Shown here in pieces: positions 47,212-60,181 of a stretch of 64,000 bases of DNA (within the stretch, counting starts at the first letter, position 1; every line of letters begins with the position of its first letter). Origin of the DNA: Alloascoidea hylecoeti (Eukaryota); assembly GCA_001600815.1 (NCBI GenBank), contig BCKZ01000015.1, forward strand, positions 558,001-622,000. The letters are read 5' to 3'. The translations under genes and the position numbers were made by a program. The notes below the pieces were generated by a model. That model did not search any database, was not told where the DNA came from, and saw nothing but the letters and a program-made list of their open reading frames with translations.

Positions 47212-49345
47212 TCATGACTCAAGAACCTTGGAAATCGGAGATGTCAACTTCTCACCTTTATAATAATCAATTACTTTTTTGATTCTCTTGGAAACACCTT
47301 CAACATTGAAGTCAAAATGGTCATAAACATCCTGATAGGTGCCAGAAACACCGAACACATTAAGACCGAATTGTTCATGTGAATATTTACCCCATCCAAG
47401 AGTCGACATTGCTTCAAACGACATGATTGGTACATCATCGGGCAACACCGAAAACTTATATTCCTTGGACTGCCTGTCAAATGTATCCCAACTTGGTAAT
47501 GAGACAACTCCAATTTTAAGTCCTTCCTGTGCCAAATATTCTGCGGTGTCAACAGAAATTGCTACTTCGGATCCACTTGATACAATTACAAGATCGGGAC
47601 TTTCAACCTCGACCAATGTATAACCACCTTTGATTGCTTTTTCAATCGATGTACCCTCCAATTGTCTCAAATTTTGTCTTGTTAAGGCAATAACAGAAGG
47701 TGTTTCTCGTTTTGAAATTGCTTCATAATAAGCAGCTGATGTTTCATTTCCATCAGCAGGTCTCCAAACTTGTAAGTTGGGTATTGCACGGAAATGAGCC
47801 AAGGTCTCGACTGGTTGATGAGTAGGTCCATCTTCACCAATACCAATGGAATCATGGGTTGCCACCCAAATGACCTGTTGCTTTGATAAAGCACTTAATC
47901 TCAAAGCGCCACAAGCATAAGATACAAAATTTAAAAAAGTGCCTGAATATGGAATAATTGCGCCATATGATTGTAAGCCATTAAGAATCGCACCCATTCC
48001 ATGTTCTCTAACACCATATCTAATATATCTACCACTATAATCTCCCAATCCAGTTGATGGAGGTTGGAAATCAACTGCTTCTTTCCATCTTGTTAAATTA
48101 GATCCGGTTAAATCGGCGGAACCACCAATCAATTCAGGTAAAACAGAATGAATATTTTGTAAAACAATTTCGGATAATTTCCTAGATGCAATTGCTTTAT
48201 CATTTGGTGTATATCTTGGTAAACTTTTCTCCCAACCTTGTGGTAAATCACCAGTTAAACGTCTTTCAAACTCAGCGCCAAGTTCAGGAAATGTAGATTT
48301 ATAAGTCTCAAATAACTTGAACCAATCTTCCGCAGCTTGATTACCACTATCTATATGTTCTTGAAGATAGGAATAAACTATATCTGGAACAACAAAAGAA
48401 TCATCAGGATTAAATCCAAATTTCAATTTCAATTGCTTAATATCATCTGGTTTTAAAGGATTACCATGAACTTTCCCAGTTCCTTGCAATAATGAACCAT
48501 ACCCAATTGTTGTTGTTAATTTAATCAATGTTGGTTGATCTTTATTTAATTTTGCTTGATTTAAAGCATCTATCATTGAATTAAAATCAGTATCACCATT
48601 TTCAACCCAAATAACTTGCCAATCATAAGCTTTAAATCTTTCAAGTACATCTTCATCAAAAGCACAAGCAGTATCACCATCGATTGAAATATGATTATCA
48701 TCATAAATAACAATTAAATTTCCTAGTTTCAAATGTCCTGCCAAAGAAGCAGCTTCTGAAGTCATGCCTTCCTCAAGGCAGCCATCACCGCAAACACAAT
48801 AAACATAATTATCAATAAGATCAAAACTTTCAGTTTCAGTTTTCCTGTTAAATCTTGCTGCCAAGTGTCTTTCAGCAATTGCAATACCAACAGAATTTGC
48901 AAAACCTTGACCTAGTGGACCGGTTGTAACTTCAATCCCTGGTGGGGTAGCACGCTCAGGATGACCAGGAGTTTTCGAATTTAATTGACGGAATTGTTTT
49001 AAATCATCCAGAGATAAATCAAATCCAAATAAATGTAGTAATGAATAATTTAACATACAAGCATGACCATTTGATAATACAAATCTATCTCTGTTTATCC
49101 ATTTAGGATGTTTTGGTGAAAAAGTCATAAATTTATTCCAGATGATTTCAGCCATAGGGGCTAACCCCATGGGTGCACCTGGATGGCCACTGTTTGATTT
49201 AGCTGTAGCATCAACCTATTTAGATAATGATTATAATTAGTAAGTTAATTGGCATGATGGAGTAAATGATTAATGATCATACAGCTAAAAGTCTAATTGT
49301 ATTGATGGTTTTCAAATCCAGGTCGGATACTTCTTCGTTTGTCAT
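47212..49345 (-). CDS. TKL1: Transketolase; intron 49216-49282
   Basis: Exon 1 ..KTINTIRLLA | VDATAKSNSGHPGAPMG; motifs RDRFVLSNGH, GDGCLEEG and THDSIGIGEDGPTHQP. Confidence 0.97.
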
Positions 49346-49953
49346 ACTATGTCGATTGGGATAATTATAACTGGTTAAATGGAATGAGGAGAAAAAAGAA
49401 GACTTAAGGGGTTGGTATTTATAGAAATTATAATCCTCTTTATATGAGTTGATTAATTACTCACACAGACCCCCACCACTGGCCATAATAATATTAATAT
49501 TACACGGTTGAATCGGAAAATTCAATGCTCAATTGCCATTTAAGTGAATAATTTGAAGATAACATTAACATATCAAGTAGAGCTTATTTAGGATAACATA
49601 TTAATTATAATATGATAAACATAATCGGTATGATATCAATTGTAATGCTATATAAATATATTTCTTAAATGATATAAATATCTATAAAAGTACTAGTGAC
49701 AATAACAACAACAATATATCGATATCTATATAATAACACAAAAGAAACGGAAACTAGAGAATAAAATAAGAAAAGCAAAGCAGATATGTATATCTTTTAA
49801 CCTTAATCCATCAAGCAAAAAAACAGACAAATAAATAAATATAATTAACAAATAAAAAATTTAGCATACATTGTTCAAAGAAAACAAAAACATATTCTGA
49901 TTTTAAATCAAAAATTACAATTGCAATAGTAAATGAGTGAATTAATCAAGAGA

Positions 49954-51378
49954 TTATTTTTCTTTTACTTCAAATTTATCATCAAATGGACTTTCTGATC
50001 TTTTTATTTCATTTTTTAAAGATTCAACACGAGAATCTCTTCTCTTTTCATGGCCTTCATTACTTGTATTTGTATTATATTTCTTCAATGGCGAATCTGG
50101 TTTCATTGAACGACCAGGATCTAATGATTTTGGAGTTTCTACTTGAACTTCTAATAAAACACTTCCAACATTACTTCTATCGTTATAATCATCATAATCA
50201 TCACCATCTGGTAATGAAGGTATTGTTGTTGGCGTATTTTGTTCTGAAGTTAGGTCTATAAATGGAGAAACAGTATTTGAAGTAGCTGTATCTGTGGTAT
50301 TTGTATTTTTATTTTGAATTTTTGTTGGTTTTATAGTTAATATTTTTAGTTTATTTTTATTTTTATCTCTATTAGTATCTGTAATGATGTTAGTTTTCTC
50401 TTTTATATCATCAGATAATTTTGAAGATTTTGAGATATTATCGTCTTCTTCTTCATCTTCGGCTTCTTCGATTAAATCAGTTTGTAAACCGGCATTTTTC
50501 GGTTGATTTGCACTTTTACCAACTCTAACAACTTTTAATAATGATGAACCACCAGATTTACCGTTAACAAATTGAATTTTTTGACCACTTTCATTTATCT
50601 TTTTAGCACCTGAAACAGTAACCATTTTTGGAGTTGCACGCACAGCAGTTGTTGGAGCGCCTAAGAATGAAGAACCAGGTCTAGATTCCAAATCATCAAA
50701 ATCAGACATCATTGAATCTCTGGATAGCATTGAATCTCTACCTGAAGTAGTTGAAGCAGGTCGAATTGTAACACCTGGAATATAAGCTATTGGAATGATA
50801 TTTGAAGCTCTTGTGAATATTGAAGATGCAAAAGTACTAACACTAGATCTTGAATTTGCAGGACCATTAATACTATTTAAACCACTTTGAGATTTTTCAG
50901 GATTACCATTTTCATCAGTTATTATAACTTGAGCATTTTGTTCTTGTTGTAATCTACGTTTTTTACCTCGCTGCCAAATAAGAAAAGCAATAATTATGAT
51001 CGCAATTGCAGCTATTCCACCGACGACACCACCAGCAATAGCACCCACATTTGATTTAGATGAAGAAGCAGAAGAAGCAGAAGATGAACTTGCAGATGTA
51101 CTAGAAGAAGAGCTAGTCGTCGAAGAAGTTGCTTGGCAGAAAGCAGTTGCACATGAACTACACGTTTGGCTTGTCATGATACACTCCTCGCCGGAAGGAC
51201 ATGATGGACAAGATATTGTATCTTCACAGGTAACACAAGAACGGGAGAATAGGTGAGGTATCTTCACACCGAATATTGTAGCAGAGTCCTCGATATAATT
51301 GTCATTATTATTTGATTTTGTTGATTCTCGCACATATTGATTTGAAGTACTGTTATAGACGTAGACGAAATCCGTCAT
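49954..51378 (-). CDS. OPY2: Opy2 membrane anchor of the HOG/filamentation pathways
   Basis: Cys-rich Opy2 domain CVTC..CPSCPSGEECIMTSQTCSSCATAFC, a single TM segment and ASNIIPIAYIPGV. Confidence 0.92.
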   Translation of the reverse strand: MTDFVYVYNSTSNQYVRESTKSNNNDNYIEDSATIFGVKIPHLFSRSCVTCEDTISCPSCPSGEECIMTSQTCSSCATAFCQATSSTTSSSSSTSASSSSASSASSSKSNVGAIAGGVVGGIAAIAIIIIAFLIWQRGKKRRLQQEQNAQVIITDENGNPEKSQSGLNSINGPANSRSSVSTFASSIFTRASNIIPIAYIPGVTIRPASTTSGRDSMLSRDSMMSDFDDLESRPGSSFLGAPTTAVRATPKMVTVSGAKKINESGQKIQFVNGKSGGSSLLKVVRVGKSANQPKNAGLQTDLIEEAEDEEEDDNISKSSKLSDDIKEKTNIITDTNRDKNKNKLKILTIKPTKIQNKNTNTTDTATSNTVSPFIDLTSEQNTPTTIPSLPDGDDYDDYNDRSNVGSVLLEVQVETPKSLDPGRSMKPDSPLKKYNTNTSNEGHEKRRDSRVESLKNEIKRSESPFDDKFEVKEK

Positions 51379-52099
51379 ATTATATATATAAAACTGTTAA
51401 AGTTGAGAAAGGAGCGTGTTTGAATCTGATCTGTCGCCTCGAGTCAAATTAACTTTCAGGAGGTTTGGACTGTTTCATAACAAATCACACTAAAACAAAA
51501 AGAATGTGGCATGGGGTTACCCGGACACACGTGATAAAAGATCATTACTCATGCGTTACCTAATGTTGGATTAGTCATACATTACATCACATTTGAAACC
51601 TCATCCCAGCAAGAGCCCGATGAGTGAGGAAACCCGGATGCCCGGTGCGCCCGGTGTGGGGCCGCTGCATAAATGCAACATTTACAGAGGAGCCCTGCTG
51701 AAGACCTGCCGAAGACCTTCCAAATTGGGCGTGGGTTAATCCAGTGACCTGTCTCGTATCTGAACCCCGATCCGCACGTTGCGTCCGGAGAAAAGGTCTC
51801 GTTTAAGGTTTACATCTCCTGATTTCCTTCTATCTTTCCTACCCGGATGTCATAGCAGCCCCGATTGTCCGGGTCATCCCATCAGAAATATCCTAACCCA
51901 CACAATGCGGGGAACCCGACCGTATAGCTATCTCTAGAACACCCCGACTCTGTAGGGCTAAGTTTGATGATACACTTTGTTTTCTGGGATTTTTGTAGTA
52001 TACCAATTTTTGGCTATAAATATCCCTTCAATTGCTCTTTTTCTTTATTCTTCTTGAAGTTGTCTACTGATTATTTAATCAATTATCTTCACATAAACA

Positions 52100-53149
52100 A
52101 TGTCTGCAATCCCAAAAACTCAAAAGGCCGTCATTTTCGAGACAAACGGTGGTCCATTGAAATATACCGATATTCCGGTCCCAACTCCTGATCCCGATCA
52201 AATCCTCATCAATGTTAAATATTCAGGTGTCTGTCATACTGACTTACACGCTTGGAAAGGTGATTGGCCATTGGACACAAAACTACCTTTAGTTGGTGGC
52301 CATGAAGGTGCTGGTGTCGTCGTTGGTATGGGTTCAAACGTCAAAGGATGGCAAATTGGTGATTATGCAGGTATTAAATGGTTAAACGGTTCTTGTTTAG
52401 GTTGCGAATATTGCCAAAATTCAAATGAATCAAATTGTCCTGATGCTGTTCTATCTGGTTATACCCATGATGGTTCTTTCCAACAATATGCAACTGCAAA
52501 TGCAATTCATGCTGCAAAATTGCCAAAGACTGTTGATTTAGCAAAAGCCGCTCCAATCTTATGCGCTGGAATCACTGTTTATAAGGCTTTGAAGACCGCT
52601 GGTTTGAAGGCAGGTGATTGGGTTGCCATCTCTGGTGCTGGTGGTGGTTTAGGTTCATTGGCAATTCAATATGCTAAAGCAATGGGTTACAGAGTTTTAG
52701 CTATTGATGGAGGTGAAGAAAAAGGTGCTTTCTGTAAATCTTTGGGTGCTGAATACTTTGTTGATTTCACCAAAACAAAGGATACTGTCACAGAAATCAT
52801 CAAAGCTACAAATGGTGGTCCACATGGTGTCATTAACGTTTCTGTTTCCGAAGCTGCAATCAATGCATCCACTGAATACGTTAGACCAACTGGTACTGTT
52901 GTTTTAGTTGGTTTACCAGCTGGCGCCGTTTGTAAATCATCAGTTTTCACACACGTTGTTAAATCTATTTCCATTAGAGGTTCTTATGTTGGTAATAGAG
53001 CCGATAGTGCTGAAGCAATTGACTTCTTTGCAAGAGGTTTGATTGATTGCCCAATTAAGATCGTTGGTTTGAGCGAATTGGCAAGTGTTTACGAGTTAAT
53101 GGCCGCTGGTAAGATCATCGGAAGATATGTTGTTGATACTTCTAAGTAA
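52100..53149 (+). CDS. ADH1: Zn-dependent alcohol dehydrogenase
   Basis: Motifs [29 protein letters not shown] and GRYVVDTSK; strongly biased codon usage. Confidence 0.96.
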   Translation: MSAIPKTQKAVIFETNGGPLKYTDIPVPTPDPDQILINVKYSGVCHTDLHAWKGDWPLDTKLPLVGGHEGAGVVVGMGSNVKGWQIGDYAGIKWLNGSCLGCEYCQNSNESNCPDAVLSGYTHDGSFQQYATANAIHAAKLPKTVDLAKAAPILCAGITVYKALKTAGLKAGDWVAISGAGGGLGSLAIQYAKAMGYRVLAIDGGEEKGAFCKSLGAEYFVDFTKTKDTVTEIIKATNGGPHGVINVSVSEAAINASTEYVRPTGTVVLVGLPAGAVCKSSVFTHVVKSISIRGSYVGNRADSAEAIDFFARGLIDCPIKIVGLSELASVYELMAAGKIIGRYVVDTSK

Positions 53150-54517
53150 TTTATATATTAATCAGCTATATCTTACGGAAATGAATATTATGTTATGATT
53201 TGATAAATTATGATACATCGAGGAACGACAAATTAATTGTTGTGTAATTTGTACCATTGTAGTAATTGTACTGTTTGAAACATTAATTGTGACATGATTT
53301 ACTTAATGCGATGTAATAAGGTAATCATTAGGTGCAGTGGTTAGTCATAAAATGGGATCATTATTATAATTATTGGCAATGAAAGGAAATATTAACCAAC
53401 TTTTAAGTTTCTGTTCACGATCTATTATGCTACCATCTTATAATTATAAATCTACGTGGGACACGAGATCTTTTTGTTCCTCAACTGATTTTGAACAGAT
53501 CAATTAATTGCGATGTTAATAAATGTGTACGTAAAAGATACAACTACAATTGTACTGGATCTTCTGCAGAAATCCGGTACAAATAAACCAATTGCAACAA
53601 TTTGCAAGCATGGGTGGGTCCTAGTGCCTCAAACTCCCACCAACAATTTTAACTCCGGCTTTTGGAACCGAAAGTTTTAAAGCTTCTCGGATCATTTTCT
53701 TACACCTCACTGACTAAATATTCAGCCTCCATTAATCTTAATTAGCATTTCAGCGTAACACTCGCTGTAAAAATGGCCAGCCTTCTTAACTGTCCCTTGC
53801 TTCCAAACAAGGCATGTGCCATATATAAAAGCACCCCTTAAACTTGCTGGGTTTCCGTGAATCTTTTAACTTTAACTCTTTAAAAATAGCCGTGATACCA
53901 GTCTAGAATAAAATGTGCCAATACCTCTGGAAACAGATCTATTGCAATTTGTTGAATCAATCCAATTTTTTTTTTTTACATTTTCATCAAATTATACGAT
54001 ATATCATATATGATCGTATACTCATGATATATGAAACTAGTCCCATGACAATATTAATATTAATGCTATTTATATATCCGCATAATTTGGGAAAATCCGG
54101 AGACTTCTATTATTTATTAGTTTAGAAACGTTCTCTTCTGCAACAATCAGAAGTTCTAATTATTGTCGCGCAATCGTAAATGTGTTTATACTCCCTCACC
54201 GTAAATGGGCATGAAACAAACGCAATGATCACCTTCCAACAACATTCAGTGGCACATTATTATTTTAAAAATCGTTAAACTATTTTATTTTTTATTGTTA
54301 ACTTTTACGGCAATTTTAATATTCTTAAAGTATTACTAAAATTAATAAAAAGTATTAAAAACATTAATATACGATTAATGAAAAAAATTATATTACTGGA
54401 TTAATATAATAATGGTGATAATATTTATTGATAGTTACAATATTTAAATGGTGTTCATCCCCATAAAACCATCCACAATATTTCATTTAATCTTTATAGC
54501 CAAATCTACATATAAAA

Positions 54518-57313
54518 ATGAATACAACTCTACCTATAAATAAAAATATTCATAGTTATCAGTTTACAAGTTATCATGATGGTGATGGTTTTAAACTAGT
54601 AAATTCTGCTACTTACATTCCATCAACATATCCTCCAAAATCATATGTTAAGATAATTCAGGATAGAATCAATGAGTCTGAGAAAATCGATAATAAAATA
54701 TCTTCTTTTTTCAAAAATTTCATCATTTTAAATCAGAGATATTGGTGTGAAATTCAAGCATTACTGGATTGTAATCAATGTTTAGATGAAACTAATAATA
54801 AAAGCAACCCAGCCATCGGCATTAATGATATTTGGGAATGCATGATAAATTCCTTTGAAGAAGAACAAAAGGCAAATAGAACATTTATATTAATGATTGA
54901 TAGATTAATTAAAAACGATCTAGACCTTCAATTATCAACGGAGAAAAAAGACCTAACAATAAAATTGAACAGATATTTAAAAGATTATACAAATGCTGAG
55001 AATAAATTAAACCATTATTACCGTATACAACATGATAAACAATTAGTACATAAAAATCACTATGATTATCATACATTAAATGATAAATATCAAAGGTCGA
55101 AACACATTTGGAATACTCAAATGCCTCTAATATTTAATAGATTTGAACAATCAGAAGTTGATAGGCTAAACTCAATAAAGGAATCTTTAATGCAGTTCCA
55201 ATCGGTAAGAATATCCTATTATAATGAACGTTGTGAAATTAATGAACAGACGAGTGATAATATTTCTATATTTGATGGGAAAATAGAAACCACAAAATTT
55301 ATGCATTCAGTTATTAATCAGATGCAGAATATTGATGATCAAGAGGAAAATAATTTAAAACCTGGAGAAAATTTAAGCATAAACCCAATAGAAAGTGCGG
55401 ATGCCGATGATCATGAATGCAACTCAATAATGTCGCAAAATGATTTTGGACATTTAACATCTGAGAGTTCTATCGATTTACAGGAACCAATAAAATCGGA
55501 TGCAAAAGTTACTTCAAATAATTATAATAACGGAGCTAAAGATTTCGCGCCAATTACACCAACCGTAAAAACATCAACCGGTCATAAATCTGATGCTTTT
55601 GCACATTCACAATTAAAACTTTCTCCTAAACAAAAATTAAAGTCGCCTTCAAAACTTCGTTCAAAAGTTGCTTCTTTTATATTCGGAAAGAAACATACAA
55701 AAAGTACACATAAAAAATCTTTCTCATTATCAAAAAATATATACTCTCCAAATAAAACTAAAAATATCAACACTACTATAGTCAGTAACAAAAGGTCAAG
55801 ATCTGCTGATATACCAGTTAATTCCTCTATTCATGTTAGAAGATCCTTTTCAAATGCAACTGCACCTGCTAGTTACAGCGTTGATTTCGGAACACCTTCA
55901 AGAAGTTCAGCTCTAGTTGCTTCTACAGATACTCCTTTCCGTTTGCAACAAGCAGATAAATCGGTAAATATTGAACACACTGATAAAATCAATTCTTTTT
56001 ACAACACCCAGAGATATATTACTGAATCAAGTTTATTCGCTGCTCATATTAATAGAGATGACGAATCATTCACTCCTATACAAATTAGGAGACATATACA
56101 ATCTAGTAAATGTTCAATTGAAAGAAGAAAACAAAGATTAGAGGCAAGAAGAAATCAAAACGGAAATTTAAATTTAAATGAATTGTTACAACAGGATTTA
56201 TCTACGTCCGATCGTCAAGAAATAATATCTAATCATGAGGAACCATCTGCTAGTACCTCAAATCCTAATATCAATATTCTTGATCAACAACAATTACAAA
56301 GACCAAGCCTTATGCGCACTACCTCATATGTATCATCTAGTTATAATGGACCAGTTTCAATTGTTGATGCTACTGAATTTGTCGATAATGAAAATGCACA
56401 TGATCATCAGGAAATTACAAATCCAGGATTAAATATTTCAGTTTCAGAAGTTTATAAAACATCTTTTAAAAATAATGAATTGATTGCTTCTGAAGTAAAT
56501 GGTGAAGTTGGTTTTACATTTAATCATACAATGTCTTCATTATTATTTTTCCCAAGAGAAAAAATCCCAATGAAATTTAAAGTTAATGATAATTACAGTA
56601 ATACTAAAGTTATAATGAAGAAGGAAATCTTGGAGAAAAATTCCACAGGAAATGATGTTAAAAATATTTTTCTAATTAATGTTCCTGAAATTTCAGATGG
56701 ATTAATAACAGGGCTTAAATATTCAAGTAATGATATTATTTCACCAATTTTAGTTCGACCAGTTTGGAATTTTGAGCATGGTGAAACAACAATAAGTTTA
56801 ATGTTAAAATTGAATCCTGATTATTTTGGTTCAAATGATGTATCACTTCTGTTATCTGAATTGAAAGCCTCGATTGGAATATTTGGAACGCAAGTGACAT
56901 CTGTCTATAAAATGCCAAAGGGTCAATTTAATAGAAATACGAATAGAATAACTTGGAATCTTGATTCTTTTAATTCTGCTGATAATGTTGATAAATCAAA
57001 AGAATCTGGTGCTATTAGACTTTTTACTAATCATGAAGAAAAGTTATTTTGTAGAATAATTACAACTGGTTTGGCCAAGGAAGATAATGAAGGAATTTCT
57101 CTAACATATAAGATGGATTCCATTAATATTAATGATAATAATATTGCTACTAATGGTGTAAAGTTTTCTTATTTTGATATTCCTGAAACTGCACTTGATA
57201 ATGATGAAATTGGAGACGAAGACGCTGAATATGATTGTAATGATACAACTATGAATGAAGGTGAATGGAAGTTGATCCCTGGGTATTTAAATATTAGTTC
57301 TAATGATATATAA
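54518..57313 (+). CDS. SYP1: Syp1/FCHo-like muniscin (F-BAR + mu-homology domain), divergent
   Basis: Helical N-terminus with IFNRFEQSEVDRLNSIKESLMQF; the muHD begins PGLNISVSEVYKTSFKNNELIASEVNGEVGF. Confidence 0.7.
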   Translation: MNTTLPINKNIHSYQFTSYHDGDGFKLVNSATYIPSTYPPKSYVKIIQDRINESEKIDNKISSFFKNFIILNQRYWCEIQALLDCNQCLDETNNKSNPAIGINDIWECMINSFEEEQKANRTFILMIDRLIKNDLDLQLSTEKKDLTIKLNRYLKDYTNAENKLNHYYRIQHDKQLVHKNHYDYHTLNDKYQRSKHIWNTQMPLIFNRFEQSEVDRLNSIKESLMQFQSVRISYYNERCEINEQTSDNISIFDGKIETTKFMHSVINQMQNIDDQEENNLKPGENLSINPIESADADDHECNSIMSQNDFGHLTSESSIDLQEPIKSDAKVTSNNYNNGAKDFAPITPTVKTSTGHKSDAFAHSQLKLSPKQKLKSPSKLRSKVASFIFGKKHTKSTHKKSFSLSKNIYSPNKTKNINTTIVSNKRSRSADIPVNSSIHVRRSFSNATAPASYSVDFGTPSRSSALVASTDTPFRLQQADKSVNIEHTDKINSFYNTQRYITESSLFAAHINRDDESFTPIQIRRHIQSSKCSIERRKQRLEARRNQNGNLNLNELLQQDLSTSDRQEIISNHEEPSASTSNPNINILDQQQLQRPSLMRTTSYVSSSYNGPVSIVDATEFVDNENAHDHQEITNPGLNISVSEVYKTSFKNNELIASEVNGEVGFTFNHTMSSLLFFPREKIPMKFKVNDNYSNTKVIMKKEILEKNSTGNDVKNIFLINVPEISDGLITGLKYSSNDIISPILVRPVWNFEHGETTISLMLKLNPDYFGSNDVSLLLSELKASIGIFGTQVTSVYKMPKGQFNRNTNRITWNLDSFNSADNVDKSKESGAIRLFTNHEEKLFCRIITTGLAKEDNEGISLTYKMDSININDNNIATNGVKFSYFDIPETALDNDEIGDEDAEYDCNDTTMNEGEWKLIPGYLNISSNDI

Positions 57314-58196
57314 TGATTTGTAATTGAAATAAACTTTTTAATTTGTTTGTTATATACTGTATTAATTTAGGACGCGTCGGGATATACTCTGCAACAATCA
57401 TAAATTTTAGTTCTTTGAAAATATTGCAGCTTGTTTGGGCAATTTCTAATTGTGCACCAACATCTCGTTTTCCTGAAAAGCCGAAAGTTTTTGTTTTGTT
57501 TTATTAAACTACTTGATTTGGGGAGATTTATCGAATCTATTATTTTGGAAGATCTAAAAACGGCGAAGGATTTTACAATCTTGTTACGGGATATTTTACG
57601 GTTCAAATACGCGTAAAAAGTGATGCAGTGTAATCTCAAACATCGGTTTTCTATTTCCCGCTTCGAATCTAGTTTTTCTTCTAGATAATTTCCACTTAAT
57701 GAATAATGTCTAAAAGTTAACTAGAAATGTTAAGTTTGTGTATATAGATATGCACATAAGAACTTATATTTCTTTAAATCTTATTGCATAATTTTACCAC
57801 ATGCATGCAGCTACATGTGCCAAATTAAGTTATTCGATGGGACAAACATTATGTGTGTCTTCAAATAAGCTATAGCAGATGTTAGCCTATACAAATTTAA
57901 ATACAATTTTACATCTAGTTATTTAGTATATGGCACCTTTATGAAATCACATTTTGGTTTTGATTCTAGTCGACATCTTTGGTTTGTTAAGCATAGATTT
58001 AAATATATGCAACAAACTCTCAATTATAAGGTTTAAATCGAGGTTGATTTTATTTCTCAGAGTGAACAAAATATTTCAATTTCAACTGTGAATTGAGGAC
58101 TTGCAATTGAGTATCATATGAGTCGGGAACACTTTCTTTATTATACATACATTACACATTACGGCCAATTTAATATCAATTCAAATAACAATAAAA

Positions 58197-58930
58197 ATGG
58201 ACACACTTCTTTCACATTATCAAAATTTTGAGATCATTAGAGAAGGTATCTATGGGGTTGTCCATAAGGCTGTTGGTAGACAGAACAACAGAGTTGTTGT
58301 TATCAAGAGCACGAAAACTGAGCCCGCAGACGAGAGGGTACTCCGAGAGGTCACTTCACTTAACTAGCTTAAGCACAAAGATATTGTCGATTTATATGAG
58401 ATTATCTTTAATTAAGGTAAATCTTATGAGATATATCTTGTTTTTGGATTCGTTGATCTAGATTTGAGGCCTCAGAATTTGTTGGTCGACTAGGAAGGAA
58501 GTTTAAAGATTGCAGATTTTGGACTCACGGACCTTTGAAATCACTCCAGAGAAATATAGCAATGAGGTTGTTATTATTTTACAGGACACCCGAATTGTTA
58601 CTTGGAGAAATGGGATACGCCACTGGTGTTGATATGTGGTCAACAAGAAATCTTTGCTCTCTAGAGATTCTAAAATTGATTTAGTATTTCAAATTTTTAG
58701 AATGATGGAAACACCCACTCGGGAAAGTTGGCCCGGTGTTACTGCTTTAAAACATTTTAAACGAAGTTTTCCTAAATGGAGAAGAAAGATTTGAGGACTA
58801 TTGTTCCGATGTTAGATGAAGATGGCATCGATTTATTGGGAAAACTATTGACTAATTACCCTTTGTACGGATTAGTGCCAAAAGATCCGCAAAACATCTT
58901 TATTTTACACGAGCTCTTTGTATCTGATAT
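58197..58930 (+). pseudogene. CDC28: CDC28/CDK1-like kinase pseudogene
   Basis: YQNFEIIREGIYGVVHKA, YLVFGFVDLDLRPQNLLVD*EGSLKIADFGL, PELLLG..YATGVDMWS, DSKIDLVFQIFR..WPGVTALKHFKRSFPKW, LDEDGIDLL and RISAKR; multiple stops, frameshifts and deletions. Confidence 0.9.
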
Positions 58931-60181
58931 TTAACTACCATAATTATAATTAGCATACCCTGTGTTGATATGAGACCTCCAACTGTGCAAAGTAGTTGCA
59001 TGTGACAAAAAACAATATACATATAAGCATTTATATGATCTAGTCTATGTTTAAGTAGAAAAAAGTAGCAAAACGCACCAAGGGATACTTATAATTTATA
59101 ATCTAACTGCTTTAAGCCCTTTTGTTATTAGGGATTATTCATGATAAGAATATCCCCAGCTTAAAGTTATAAGTTATAATTGAAGTTAGATTAGCCTTAG
59201 ATATAAAGTTATGATTGTTACTTACATTAGGCTTATAACTTTATGAATGGCGGTAAGCTTGTTTGAGCTGGTAAAAATAAGAAAATATAGAAACAAGAAG
59301 AATGAAAGTGGAGCCTATGGCTGTGGCCAGAAATGTAGACTAGAAATGTACATTATTGGTGTATGTGGTGATGTTCGATTGGCTACTTCTTGTATGATTG
59401 TAAGCTTAAACTACTTTCTAAAAGAAGATATTAGAGCGCCAAAGTGTTATTTCAGCCATTAGGAAGGATGACAGCTTTAAAAAATGATTCCTCATAACAG
59501 AGCTGAGATGAATGTTACTCTGTTGTTGATGATCTAGTGCTTGACCCACCGTCGGGGAATCCTATTCGTTTACTATTAATTTAAGTCTAACCAGCAGGAG
59601 TGGTATTACTAGAGTTTGTTGTAGATGTGTATGTTGTGTAGTAGTTTGAAAGCCCAAGTATAGCTATTAAATGAGCTTTTCAGAGAATATTTATATGAAT
59701 GAATTCAATCGTTCCATTAAAGATTCAGGGGTAGGTCTTTATTTATTCATTTATTTAATGATGTAGGATACTTGGACTGTCAGTGTATGGACATATTTCA
59801 ACCAATTCCCAATTAATTGAAATTCAATATTATAAAAATAAAAATTAATGAAACTCGAAATTTCTGAGTTTGCGATTGCAGTATATGGGTATATTATGTA
59901 AATGTTTAAAAGTTCATAAGTTATATGCAAATTATATATTATTTTAAAAATCAGTGACGACTTAATGGTTAAAAAAAACCCCCAACTTGGTATTTACATA
60001 TAGTCAAATTAACAATATTACGAAAGGTTTAGACCGTTAAAGCGAAACAATGGCATGATCAAGTTAATTAACTAAGAATGAAGGTATTTTTTAATCAACA
60101 ACCTTTTATTGCCATATTAGTATATAAATAAAACAAGTATAATATAGTTTATAAACAAGGAGAAAAAGTTAAAGCGTAAGT

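Noticed and set aside
53329..53400. tRNA A-box-like TAGGTGCAGTGGTTAG
   Set aside because: No B-box (GTTCRA) or cloverleaf follows.
57367..57639. Minus-strand fragment SGKRDVGAQL..MIVAEYIP resembling Rad4 or a DIRS-type RNase H
   Set aside because: Short, ambiguous between unrelated families, with no supporting flanking motifs.
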